Assembly (NCBI RefSeq): GCF_000007145.1
Contig: NC_003902.1
Span: 430,325 to 462,324 of the forward strand
Direction of reading: 5' to 3'
Source: Xanthomonas campestris pv. campestris str. ATCC 33913
GTDB taxonomy: Bacteria > Pseudomonadota > Gammaproteobacteria > Xanthomonadales > Xanthomonadaceae
Length of the DNA stretch: 32,000 bases
Below are positions 1 through 10,215 of this stretch, piece after piece. The position numbers were made by a program, and so were the translations under genes. Under the pieces are notes generated by a model. That model did no database searches and was not told the origin of the DNA. It worked only from the letters and a program-made list of their open reading frames with translations. Numbering within the stretch: position 1 is the stretch's first letter; every line of letters begins with the position of its first letter.

Positions 1-1713
<1,713 letters not shown>

Positions 1714-1853
1714 GGGCGGCCTTGCGCGCTGCGCGGTGTATGGCCGTTGTGGTGTTGCGACGCGTCTGGCGACGCGCAAGTGTGTCTGGTTGTGCTCATC
1801 TCAGTTGCCCTCCACGAAATACCCATGATGATGCGCGGCGCGCGCGCCAGGAT

Positions 1854-1886
1854 ACGTTGCCAACGACCCTTCCTCGTTGGCAACGT
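1854..1886 (-). other. perfect 13-bp inverted repeat (ACGTTGCCAACGA-N7-TCGTTGGCAACGT) just downstream of the glpD stop
   Basis: Arms at 1854-1866 and 1874-1886 are exact reverse complements with the loop CCCTTCC. The repeat lies 12 nt after the glpD stop codon and has no U-tract on either strand. It is therefore either an inter-cistronic stem-loop or a protein-binding site rather than a classical terminator. Confidence 0.4.
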
Positions 1887-1897
1887 CAGTCACGCTG

Positions 1898-3424
1898 TCA
1901 GGCCGGGACCACGTGCGTCTGCGCGTTGGCGTGCGCAGCTGGCCGCGTCTGCAGATACGCCTCCAGGCGCGCGCGCGCCTCGGCATCTACACGCAGGCCC
2001 AGTTTGCTGCGGCGCCACAGGATGTCGTCGGCGGTCTGCGCCCATTCGCGGGCGCACAGGTAATCCACCTCGGCCTGGTAGAGGTCCGCACCAAAATGCT
2101 GGCCGAGTGCAGCCATGTCCTGCGCATCGCCAAGCAGCTGCTCGGCACAGGTACCGTAGTTGCGCACCAGCCGCTGTGCGGTGGCCGCCGGCAGCCAGGG
2201 ACGCGCAGTGCGCACACGCTCCAGCAGGCTGGCGATGTCGCGTTGTTCGCCGCCGGGCAGGGCTTCGCCACGCGCGGTCCACGCCGGCTTGCGCGCGCCC
2301 AGGGCCTGGGTCAGCCGGTCGACGGCTTCTTCGGCGAGCTTGCGGTAGGTGGTGAGCTTGCCGCCGAACACGTTGAGCAGCGGCGCGCCGTCGGTGAGCA
2401 CTTCCAGCTGATAGTCGCGGGTCACTTCGGCGGCGTTGTCTTCGGCGTCGTCGAGTAGCGGACGCACCCCGCTGTAGTTCCACACCACATCCTGCGGGGT
2501 GATCTGCTGCTGGAAATACAAGTTCACCGCATCGCACAGGTACTGCACCTCGGCCGCGTCGATCTTGGGTGCGGACGGGTCGGCCTCGTAATCCACGTCG
2601 GTGGTGCCGATCAAGGTGAAGTCGTGCTCGTAGGGAATGGCAAACACGATGCGCCGGTCGGGTTGCTGGAAGATGTACGCGTGGTCGTGGTCGAACAGCT
2701 TGGGCACCACGATGTGGCTGCCCTTGACCAGGCGCAGCGCATGCTGGTGCGGCACCGCGGCCACCTTGTCCAGGAACGACACCGCCCACGGACCGGCCGC
2801 ATTGGCCAGCGCACGCGACTGCACGGTGCGGCGGCGTCCGTCGCAGCCTTCCAGCTCCGCATACCAGAACCCGGCATCGCGCCAGGCGCCAACGCAACGC
2901 GTACGCGTATGGATCTGCGCGCCACGCTTGGCCGCATCCATCGCGTTGAGCACCACCAACCGCGCGTCCTGCACCCATGCGTCGGAATACACAAAGCCGG
3001 TGCGCAGCGACTCCTGCAGCGGCTGGCCAACCGGATGGGTGCGCAGCGACAGCCGGCGCGAGCGCGGCAGGCTGCGCTTGCTGCCGCCAAGATGGTCGTA
3101 CAGGAACAGCCCGGCGCGAATCATCCAGGCCGGGCGCAGATGCGGCTGATGCGGCAGCAGGAAGCGCAGCGGCCAGATGATGTGCGGCGCTAGCCGCAGC
3201 AGTACCTCGCGTTCGGCCAGCGCCTTGCCGACCAATGCGAACTCGTACTGCTCCAGATAGCGCAGGCCACCGTGGATGAGCTTGGTGCTGGCGCTGCTGG
3301 TATGCGCGGCCAGGTCGTCCTGTTCGCACAGGCACACCGACAGACCGCGCCCGGCCGCGTCACGGGCAATGCCGACCCCGTTGATGCCGCCGCCGATTAC
3401 CAGAAGATCGTATGTCTCGCCCAT
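1898..3424 (-). CDS. glpD: aerobic glycerol-3-phosphate dehydrogenase (FAD-dependent)
   Basis: 508-aa ORF. N-terminal FAD fold YDLLVIGGGINGVGIARDAAGRGL, then TSSASTKLIHGGLRYLE, both typical of GlpD. Located in the glp context. Confidence 0.93.
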   Translation of the reverse strand: MGETYDLLVIGGGINGVGIARDAAGRGLSVCLCEQDDLAAHTSSASTKLIHGGLRYLEQYEFALVGKALAEREVLLRLAPHIIWPLRFLLPHQPHLRPAWMIRAGLFLYDHLGGSKRSLPRSRRLSLRTHPVGQPLQESLRTGFVYSDAWVQDARLVVLNAMDAAKRGAQIHTRTRCVGAWRDAGFWYAELEGCDGRRRTVQSRALANAAGPWAVSFLDKVAAVPHQHALRLVKGSHIVVPKLFDHDHAYIFQQPDRRIVFAIPYEHDFTLIGTTDVDYEADPSAPKIDAAEVQYLCDAVNLYFQQQITPQDVVWNYSGVRPLLDDAEDNAAEVTRDYQLEVLTDGAPLLNVFGGKLTTYRKLAEEAVDRLTQALGARKPAWTARGEALPGGEQRDIASLLERVRTARPWLPAATAQRLVRNYGTCAEQLLGDAQDMAALGQHFGADLYQAEVDYLCAREWAQTADDILWRRSKLGLRVDAEARARLEAYLQTRPAAHANAQTHVVPA

Positions 3425-3467
3425 CGGTGCCTCCGTCCCGGCTCGCCCGCAAGCGCGAACCTAAGTT

Positions 3468-3495
3468 GTCATGTTCGAACATATTCGAACATGAC
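3468..3495. promoter_or_regulatory. candidate GlpR (DeoR-type) operator upstream of glpD
   Basis: GTCATGTTCGAA-CATA-TTCGAACATGAC has exact 12-bp inverted arms at 3468-3479 and 3484-3495. It also reads as a tandem ATGTTCGAAC/ATATTCGAAC repeat. It sits 44-71 bp upstream of the glpD ATG in a locally AT-richer stretch. The ATGTTCGAA half-site resembles E. coli glp operator half-sites (from memory). Confidence 0.6.
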
Positions 3496-3772
3496 GCCTT
3501 GCGGAGGCGTGAAGAGGCGTATGTGGCTGATCTGCAGCTTCTGGTAACAATGCGACTATTGATCCGCGTATTTCGATAGATATTAGCGATTGATGGATGG
3601 CGCGTGTGCCGCAGATCGCAGCAATCGCACACAAACGAACATTGTCCAGGCTTGGTCGGTAACCCCGGCCCGAGCCCCGCTGTATGCCGAACAGCACCAC
3701 GTACATCAGCCGCCTGCTGGACCGCCGGGACAAGCCCTGCGGCTCCGGCCGCCCAGCCCTCAAGCGCGGGAG

Positions 3773-4594
3773 TCAGCCCGCGACGCCGGCCAGATGCACG
3801 CGCGTGCCAGCCTCGGCCAGCACCGTGCGCAGCTCCTCCGGCGGCGGCCGGTCGGTGAACCAGTCGTGCACCTGTGCAATCGCCCCCAGCCGCACCATCG
3901 CGTTGCGGCCGAACTTGCTGTGGTCGGCGGCCAGCAGCACCTGCCGAGAATGCTCGATGATCGCCTGGGCCACGCGCACTTCCTGGTAATCGAAATCCAG
4001 CAGCGTGCCGTCCAGGTCGACCCCGGAAATGCCGATCACCCCGAAGTCCACCTTGAACTGGCGGATGAGCTCCACGGTCGCCTCGCCGGTGACGCCCTGG
4101 TCCCGGCCACGCACCACGCCGCCGGCCACGATCACCTCGAAGCTGGGATTGGCGCTGAGCATCACCGCCACGTTGAGGTTGTTGGTGATCACGCGCAGGC
4201 CGCGGTGCTGCAGCAAGGCGCGCGCCACTTCCTCGTTGGTGGTGCCGAGATTGATGAACAGCGAGGCGTCGTCGGGAATGAAGCGCGCCACCTGCGTGGC
4301 GATCTGCTGCTTCTCGCGCGCCTGCAGCGCCTTGCGCGCCGCATACGCCAGGTTCTCCACGCTGGACGGCATGCTGACGCCGCCGTGATACCGGCGCAGC
4401 ACGCCGGCATCGCAGAGCAAGGTTAGATCGCGGCGAATGGTCTGCGGCGTGACCTCAAAGCGCGTCGCCAGCCCTTCGACATCGGCAAAGCCCTGTTGAC
4501 GCACCAAGGCCACCAACTGCTCTTGGCGCGGATTGAGTGCCGGCGCCGGCACGGTCCTGTAATGAGTCGACTCCATGCGCAGATCATCGCCCAT
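3773..4594 (-). CDS. glpR: DeoR-family glycerol-3-phosphate regulon repressor
   Basis: 273-aa ORF that aligns by eye along its whole length with E. coli GlpR (…TIRRDL…HGG…IGTT…VITNNLNVA…GISGVDLDGTLLDFDYQEVRVAQAIIEHSRQVLLAADHSKFGRNAMV…). The start could also be MESTHY at 4576. Confidence 0.88.
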   Translation of the reverse strand: MGDDLRMESTHYRTVPAPALNPRQEQLVALVRQQGFADVEGLATRFEVTPQTIRRDLTLLCDAGVLRRYHGGVSMPSSVENLAYAARKALQAREKQQIATQVARFIPDDASLFINLGTTNEEVARALLQHRGLRVITNNLNVAVMLSANPSFEVIVAGGVVRGRDQGVTGEATVELIRQFKVDFGVIGISGVDLDGTLLDFDYQEVRVAQAIIEHSRQVLLAADHSKFGRNAMVRLGAIAQVHDWFTDRPPPEELRTVLAEAGTRVHLAGVAG

Positions 4595-4828
4595 GCGCGT
4601 GAGGATGCAAGCACGAGCATGGCCGCGCCGCGCTGGGCCAGAGCGACCACGGCAGTGGCCGCCTGGCCACTGCGATCACTGCGTGTCATACGCACCACCG
4701 GCCAGTCGATGGATGGTGTGCGGTGGCGAAACGGCTCGACTATGGCTGCCCCGAAAGGCGACGGGGTCTGTCGCTCACACCGCCGCGATGGTGTCGCATG
4801 ACGCGACCCAAGCACGATGCCTGCGCGC

Positions 4829-5812
4829 TCAGTCGGAGCCCGCGCGGTAGCCGGTATCGATGCTGATGCTGCCGCCCACCGCACGCGACACGCACGCGCA
4901 CAGCTTGCGATTCTCGCTGCGCTGCGCATCGCTGAAGAACACGTCGCGGTGGTCGATGTCGGCCGCCGTGTCGAGCACGTCCACCGCGCACAACCCACAT
5001 TCGCCGCGTCGGCATTCGGCAATCAGCTCCACACCGGCGTCGGCCAGGGCGTCGAGCATCGATACGTTCTCGGCCACCTGCACTTCCATGCCCAGTCCAG
5101 GCAACTTGACCACGAAGGCCTGTGCCGGCACCCGCCCGCTGTTGCCGAAGGTCTCGAAATGCAGGCGCGCGCGCGGCCGGCCGGCGGCGTGCCACTGCTG
5201 GCGCACTGCTTCGAGCATGCCCAGCGGCCCGCAGACATAGACCTCGGCATTGGGCGACAAGGTGGCCAGTTCCGCGGCCAGATCCGGCGGGCCGGCCTGG
5301 TCGTCGCAATGCACTTGCAGGCGTGCGCCGAGCAGCGCCTCCAGCGTGTCCACATAGGCCATGGTGTCGCGTGCGCGGCCCACGTACAGCATGCGGAACG
5401 CCTGATGCCGGCGCGCCAGCCGCTGCGCCATGCCCACGATGGGCGTCACGCCGATACCGCCGGCAATCAGCAGGATTTCCTCACCCGCTTCATCCAGCGC
5501 GAAGTTATTGCTGGGTGGCGAAATTTCCACCACGTCGCCCGGTGCCAAGGTCCACATATGCCGCGAGCCGCCGCGGCTTTCGGGCATCTGCCGCACCGCC
5601 ACCTGGTAGTAGCCATCGGCGCGGGGCTCGCCTACCAGCGAATAGGACCGCACATCCTCGCGCCCGTGGAGCTGCAGGCGGAAATCCAGATGGCTGCCCA
5701 CCTCGAAACTGCGCGTGTTCGCGCCCGGGTCGAGCACGATCTCGCGCACGCCCTGGCAGGCATCGGCAACACTCACCACGCGGGCGTGGTGCCAATGGGT
5801 GTCTTTACGCAT
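4829..5812 (-). CDS. vanB: vanillate O-demethylase oxidoreductase subunit (FMN/NAD-binding domain plus C-terminal 2Fe-2S ferredoxin, phthalate dioxygenase reductase family)
   Basis: ORF 4829..5947. I prefer the start MRKDTHWHH (ATG at 5812-5810), which is preceded by AAGGAG. Motifs RSYSL, GGIGVTP and the C-terminal Cys cluster CRRGECGLC are present. Lies immediately downstream of vanA. Confidence 0.85.
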   Translation of the reverse strand: MRKDTHWHHARVVSVADACQGVREIVLDPGANTRSFEVGSHLDFRLQLHGREDVRSYSLVGEPRADGYYQVAVRQMPESRGGSRHMWTLAPGDVVEISPPSNNFALDEAGEEILLIAGGIGVTPIVGMAQRLARRHQAFRMLYVGRARDTMAYVDTLEALLGARLQVHCDDQAGPPDLAAELATLSPNAEVYVCGPLGMLEAVRQQWHAAGRPRARLHFETFGNSGRVPAQAFVVKLPGLGMEVQVAENVSMLDALADAGVELIAECRRGECGLCAVDVLDTAADIDHRDVFFSDAQRSENRKLCACVSRAVGGSISIDTGYRAGSD

Positions 5813-5959
5813 GCTGATCTCCTTGCTTCGATCCCGGTATGCGGCCTGCGCCTGGCGCTTGTGCAGCACGTGCGTGGCGTTGATGCGCTGCAGGCACTGG
5901 CGACAGCGCACGGGCCACGCGCGCAACGTGCAGCGGTGTTGATGCATCGCGCATGGCCA

Positions 5960-7036
5960 TCACCCCACCATGCGCAAGGACAGGTCGCCGGCGCGCTGTT
6001 CGCGCGCGATCAGGCGGTCGATGACGCGCCGCGCCCACATGCCGCCGGCGTCCACGTTGAGGTTGTAGAACGCGTGGTCCGGATGCGCTTCGATCGCGCG
6101 TTGCTGGGCTTCCAGCACGGCTTCGTCTTCGCCGAATACGCCGGTGACGCCTTCGCGCGTGAGCGTGGTCAATGACTGGTCATGCAGCGCGTAGTTGCGC
6201 ATGAATGCCCAGAAGTAATGGCAGGTGGTGTCGGTTTCCGGGGTGATGGTGTTGAGCACGAACCCGTTGACGCCCTGGCTGCGGTCACCCTGCGGCGCGC
6301 CGGTGCCGGTGATGGCCACGCCGACATCGATGGCGATGGTGCCCGGTGCTTCGAAATGGATGATCTGCCAGCGGTCCACCTTGCCGTGGTAGTTCAGGTG
6401 CCGCGCGATCTGGCCGGCCCAGAACGGCGGTGGGTCGATGTTGTGCATCCAGCGCGACACGGTCACCGTGCGGTCGCCGTGCACCACCTCGAACGGCGCT
6501 TCGGCCACTTCGTCCTGGCCGATACTCGAGCCATGCACGAAGGTTTCGTGGGTGAGATCCATCAGGTTGTCCAGCACCAGCCGGTAATCGCATTTGGCGT
6601 GGATGGTGCGGCCGTCGCCGGCCCAGGCCGGATCGTGCGACCAGTGCAGGTCCGGGATCAGCGCCACATCGGCCTGCGCCGGGTCGCCCGGCCACACCCA
6701 CACGTAGCGGTGCTTTTCGGCCACAGGAAAGCCGCGCACGCAGGCCGAGGGGTTGATGGTTTCCTGCGAGGGCATGTGCACGCAGCGGCCCTGCGCGTTG
6801 TAGACCAGCCCGTGGTAGCCGCAGACCACGTCGTCGCCGCGCAGCTTGCCCATCGACAACGGCACCAGCCGGTGCCAGCAGGCATCTTCCAACGCCACCA
6901 CGGCCCCGGCGGTGGTGCGGTAGAGCACCACGTCCAGGTTGCAGAGCTTGCGCGGGGTGAGCGCGTGCTTGACCTCGTGGTCCCAGGCGACGGCGTACCA
7001 CGCGTTGAGGGGGAACAGCGGCTTGGACTGTGACAT
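5960..7036 (-). CDS. vanA: vanillate O-demethylase oxygenase subunit (Rieske non-heme iron oxygenase)
   Basis: ORF 5960..7084. Start MSQSKPLFPLNAWY (ATG at 7036-7034) is preceded by AGGAG. Rieske motif CWHRLVPLS...CGYHG is present, followed by a VanA-like catalytic domain (DNLMDLTHETFVH). Confidence 0.87.
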   Translation of the reverse strand: MSQSKPLFPLNAWYAVAWDHEVKHALTPRKLCNLDVVLYRTTAGAVVALEDACWHRLVPLSMGKLRGDDVVCGYHGLVYNAQGRCVHMPSQETINPSACVRGFPVAEKHRYVWVWPGDPAQADVALIPDLHWSHDPAWAGDGRTIHAKCDYRLVLDNLMDLTHETFVHGSSIGQDEVAEAPFEVVHGDRTVTVSRWMHNIDPPPFWAGQIARHLNYHGKVDRWQIIHFEAPGTIAIDVGVAITGTGAPQGDRSQGVNGFVLNTITPETDTTCHYFWAFMRNYALHDQSLTTLTREGVTGVFGEDEAVLEAQQRAIEAHPDHAFYNLNVDAGGMWARRVIDRLIAREQRAGDLSLRMVG

Positions 7037-7196
7037 GACCGTGACTCCTGGGCTTCTAGGCAACCTGGGTAAGGACTGGCGCAAGACACTGCGCCCAACC
7101 CGAAGTTGACGCGCACTGCCGCGCTGGCGTCCGCTTGCGGGCGAAGTTATGTATACACCGGAGACAATGTTGGTGGCACAAGTGGCTGGTATTCAT

Positions 7197-7230
7197 GTGC
7201 GATTATCGAATGACAATTTCGATAATCGGA
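7197..7230. promoter_or_regulatory. candidate PcaR/PcaU (IclR-type) operator in the vanA/pcaI divergent promoter region
   Basis: CGATTATCGAA-N7-TTCGATAATCG has exact 11-bp inverted arms at 7200-7210 and 7218-7228. With flanks, the left copy reads TTCGATAATCGCAC on the other strand. As I recall it, this matches the GTTCGATAATCGCAC box reported for PcaR at the Pseudomonas putida pcaI promoter. It ends 62 bp upstream of the pcaI ATG. Confidence 0.6.
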
Positions 7231-7289
7231 TTGACCGGCACGCAAACCGGGGCCTACCGTGGCGACACCGTGGTGTGCAGGAGTCTGGA

Positions 7290-8153
7290 ATGGCCGACAT
7301 CGTTTCCCTGTCCGAGGCCGTGGCACAGCTGATCGCAGATGGCGATTGCGTGGCAATGGAAGGCTTTACCCACCTGATCCCGCACGCCGCCGGCCACGAG
7401 GTGATCCGCCAGCGCAAACGCAACCTGCGGCTGGTGCGGATGACCCCGGACCTGATTTACGACCAACTGATCGGTGCCGGCTGCGCGTCGGCGCTGCGCT
7501 TTTCCTGGGGCGGCAATCCTGGCGTGGGCTCGCTGCACCGGCTGCGCGATGCGGTGGAACACGGCTGGCCTGCGCCGCTGCAACTGCGCGAACACAGCCA
7601 CGCGGACATGGCCAACGCGTATGTGGCCGGCGCGTCGGGCTTGCCGTTCGCCGTGCTGCGCGGCTATGTGGGCTCGGACCTGCCCAAGGTCAACGACAGC
7701 ATCCGTTTCCTGCAGTGCCCCTACACCGGGCAGACCCTGGCGACCTCGCCGGCGGTCAATCCGGATGTCACCGTGATCCACGCGCAGCAGGCCGACCGCC
7801 GCGGCAATGTGTTGCTGTGGGGCATTCTGGGCGTGCAGAAAGAGGCCGCGCTGGCCGCGCGCAAGGTGATCGTGACGGTGGAGGAGATCGTTGACACGCT
7901 CGATGCGCCGCCCAATGCCTGCATCCTGCCGCGCTGGGTGGTGAGTGCGGTCTGCGTGGTGCCCGGGGGCGCCGCGCCGTCGTATGCGCATGGCTACTCC
8001 GCGCGCGACAACCGCTTCTATCTGGCCTGGGATGCCATGGCCCGCGATCGCGCGCGGTTCCAGGCGTGGATCCAGGCCCACATCCTGGACACCGACGACT
8101 TCGCCGGGTTCCAGCGCGTGTATGCCGGCAGCCAGCACGCGGAGGCGGCATGA
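7290..8153 (+). CDS. pcaI: 3-oxoadipate:succinyl-CoA transferase subunit A
   Basis: ORF 7149..8153. I prefer the start MADIVSLSEAV (ATG at 7290) after GCAGGAG, because the upstream extension overlaps the operator palindrome. CoA-transferase family sequence. The stop overlaps the pcaJ start (ATGA at 8150-8153). Confidence 0.85.
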   Translation: MADIVSLSEAVAQLIADGDCVAMEGFTHLIPHAAGHEVIRQRKRNLRLVRMTPDLIYDQLIGAGCASALRFSWGGNPGVGSLHRLRDAVEHGWPAPLQLREHSHADMANAYVAGASGLPFAVLRGYVGSDLPKVNDSIRFLQCPYTGQTLATSPAVNPDVTVIHAQQADRRGNVLLWGILGVQKEAALAARKVIVTVEEIVDTLDAPPNACILPRWVVSAVCVVPGGAAPSYAHGYSARDNRFYLAWDAMARDRARFQAWIQAHILDTDDFAGFQRVYAGSQHAEAA

Positions 8154-8938
8154 GCGACTACAGCACCAACGAAATGATGACCGTGGCGGCAGCACGTCGC
8201 CTGCCCGATGGCGCGGTGTGTTTCGTCGGCATCGGCCTGCCCTCCACCGCGGCAAACCTGGCGCGGCTGACGCATGCACCGGAGGTCACGTTGATCTACG
8301 AATCCGGCCCGATCGGTGCGCGCCCGCAGGTGTTGCCGCTGTCGATCGGCGATGGCGAACTGGCCGAGACCGCCGACACCGTGGTCTCCACCCCGGAGAT
8401 CTTTCGCTATTGGCTGCAAGGCGGGCGGGTCGATGTAGGGTTCCTGGGCGCGGCGCAGATCGATCGCCATGCCAACCTCAACACCACCGTGATCGGCCCC
8501 TACGCCGCACCGAAGACGCGCCTGCCCGGTGCCGGCGGCGCGCCGGAAATCGCCACCAGCGCCAAGCAGGTCTTCATCATCATGCGGCAGTCCACGCGCA
8601 GCTTCGTGCAGACGCTGGATTTCATCACCACCGTCGGTCATCTGGACGGCGGTGATGCACGCACCCGCGCCGGCCTGCCCGGTGCCGGCCCCACCGTGGT
8701 GGTCACCGATCTATGCGTGATGGAACCCGACCCGGTCAGCCGCGAGCTCACCGTGACCGCGCTGCATCCTGGCGTGACCCAGGCGCAGGTCACCGCGGCC
8801 ACCGGCTGGGCGGTGCGCTTTGCCGCAACGCTGACCGAAACTGCCGCACCCACCGCCACCGAGTTGCACGCCTTGCGTGCGTTGCAGGCACGCACCGCCG
8901 CAGCCCACGGAACGCAAGCGGCGGGAGCCGAGGCATGA
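8150..8938 (+). CDS. pcaJ: 3-oxoadipate:succinyl-CoA transferase subunit B
   Basis: Start MSDYSTNEMMTVAAARRL within ORF 8066..8938. CoA-transferase beta-subunit-like sequence (GIGLPS..., ESG). ATGA overlaps at both ends indicate translational coupling with pcaI and pcaF. Confidence 0.85.
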   Translation: MSDYSTNEMMTVAAARRLPDGAVCFVGIGLPSTAANLARLTHAPEVTLIYESGPIGARPQVLPLSIGDGELAETADTVVSTPEIFRYWLQGGRVDVGFLGAAQIDRHANLNTTVIGPYAAPKTRLPGAGGAPEIATSAKQVFIIMRQSTRSFVQTLDFITTVGHLDGGDARTRAGLPGAGPTVVVTDLCVMEPDPVSRELTVTALHPGVTQAQVTAATGWAVRFAATLTETAAPTATELHALRALQARTAAAHGTQAAGAEA

Positions 8939-10143
8939 GCGAGGTCTATCTGGTGGATGGCATTCGCACGCCGATCGGCCGTTACGGCGGCGCACTGTCC
9001 AGCGTGCGCGCCGACGATCTGGGCGCGGTGCCGATCGCCGCGTTGCTGGCGCGGCATCCACAGCTGGACCCGGCGGCCATCGACGATGTCTACCTGGGCT
9101 GCGCCAACCAGGCCGGCGAAGACAACCGCAATGTCGCGCGGATGAGTGTGTTGCTGGCTGGCTTGCCCAGTTCGGTGCCGGGCAGCACGGTGAATCGCCT
9201 GTGCGGCTCGGGACTGGAAGCGGTGGGCATTGCGGCACGCGGCATCCGTGCCGGCGAACTGGAGCTGGCATTGGCTGGGGGCGTGGAGTCGATGTCGCGC
9301 GCGCCGTGGGTGATGGGCAAGGCGGAATCGGCGTTCGCCCGGAACCAGCACCTGCACGACACCACGATGGGCTGGCGCTTCATCAATCCGCGCCTGGAAG
9401 CGACCTACGGCGTGGAGCTGATGGGCGAGACCGCCGAGAACGTCGCGCAGCGCTACGCCATCAGCCGCGACGACCAGGATGCGTTTGCCCTGCGCAGCCA
9501 GCAGCGCACCGCCGCCGCGCAGGCTGCCGGGTTCTTCGACGACGAGATCACCGCAGTGGCGGTGGCCGGGCGCAAGGGCGGCGAGCGCGTGCAGGTGATG
9601 CGCGACGAACATCCGCGGGCCGATGCCAGTGCCGAGGCCCTGGCGCGGCTCAAGCCGGTGTTCCGCCAGCCGGGCACGGTCACGGCCGGCAATGCGGCCG
9701 GCCTCAATGACGGTGCCGCCAGCCTGTTGCTGGCCTCGGCGCGCGCGCTGCACCTGCACGGGCTCACGCCACGCGCGCGGGTGCTGGGGTTTGCCTCGGC
9801 GGGCGTGGAGCCAACCTACATGGGCATCGGCCCGATCCCGGCCACGCAACGCCTGCTGGCGCGGCTGGGGCTGCAGATCGCGCAATTCGATGCGATCGAA
9901 TTCAACGAAGCCTTCGCCGCGCAGGCGCTGGCCTGCACGCGCGCGTTCGGATTGGCCGACGATGCCGCGCACGTCAATGCCAATGGCGGTGCAATCGCGC
10001 TGGGCCACCCGCTGGGCATGAGCGGTGCACGGCTGGCACTGACGCTGCTGCGTCAACTCGACGCCTGCAATGGCCGCCGCGGGCTGGCCAGCATGTGTAT
10101 CGGCGTCGGCCAGGGCGTAGCGCTGGCGATCGAGCGTGTTTGA
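8935..10143 (+). CDS. pcaF: 3-oxoadipyl-CoA thiolase (thiolase I family)
   Basis: Start [19 protein letters not shown] within ORF 8713..10143. Thiolase signatures are present: [10 protein letters not shown] (active-site Cys), [18 protein letters not shown] and CIGVGQG. Confidence 0.9.
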   Translation: MSEVYLVDGIRTPIGRYGGALSSVRADDLGAVPIAALLARHPQLDPAAIDDVYLGCANQAGEDNRNVARMSVLLAGLPSSVPGSTVNRLCGSGLEAVGIAARGIRAGELELALAGGVESMSRAPWVMGKAESAFARNQHLHDTTMGWRFINPRLEATYGVELMGETAENVAQRYAISRDDQDAFALRSQQRTAAAQAAGFFDDEITAVAVAGRKGGERVQVMRDEHPRADASAEALARLKPVFRQPGTVTAGNAAGLNDGAASLLLASARALHLHGLTPRARVLGFASAGVEPTYMGIGPIPATQRLLARLGLQIAQFDAIEFNEAFAAQALACTRAFGLADDAAHVNANGGAIALGHPLGMSGARLALTLLRQLDACNGRRGLASMCIGVGQGVALAIERV

Positions 10144-10215
10144 GCGCCATGATCTCGCGCCCGCGCCGTTGCATGCCCACTTCATCGATCACGCTCACAC
10201 CTGCGTCTGACGGAG

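Noticed and set aside
4817-7033. Plus-strand ORFs of 452 aa (4817..6175) and 283 aa (6182..7033)
   Set aside because: They are antisense to vanB and vanA, which have a Rieske motif, a 2Fe-2S Cys cluster and good RBSs on the minus strand.
7149-7289. 47-codon N-terminal extension of pcaI offered by the ORF track
   Set aside because: The extension is AT-richer, contains the operator palindrome and has no RBS. By contrast, MADIVS at 7290 follows GCAGGAG and matches CoA-transferase N-termini.
8638-10185. 515-aa minus-strand ORF
   Set aside because: It is antisense to pcaJ and pcaF, which carry clear CoA-transferase and thiolase signatures. The translation is Arg/Ala/Gln-rich with no motifs.
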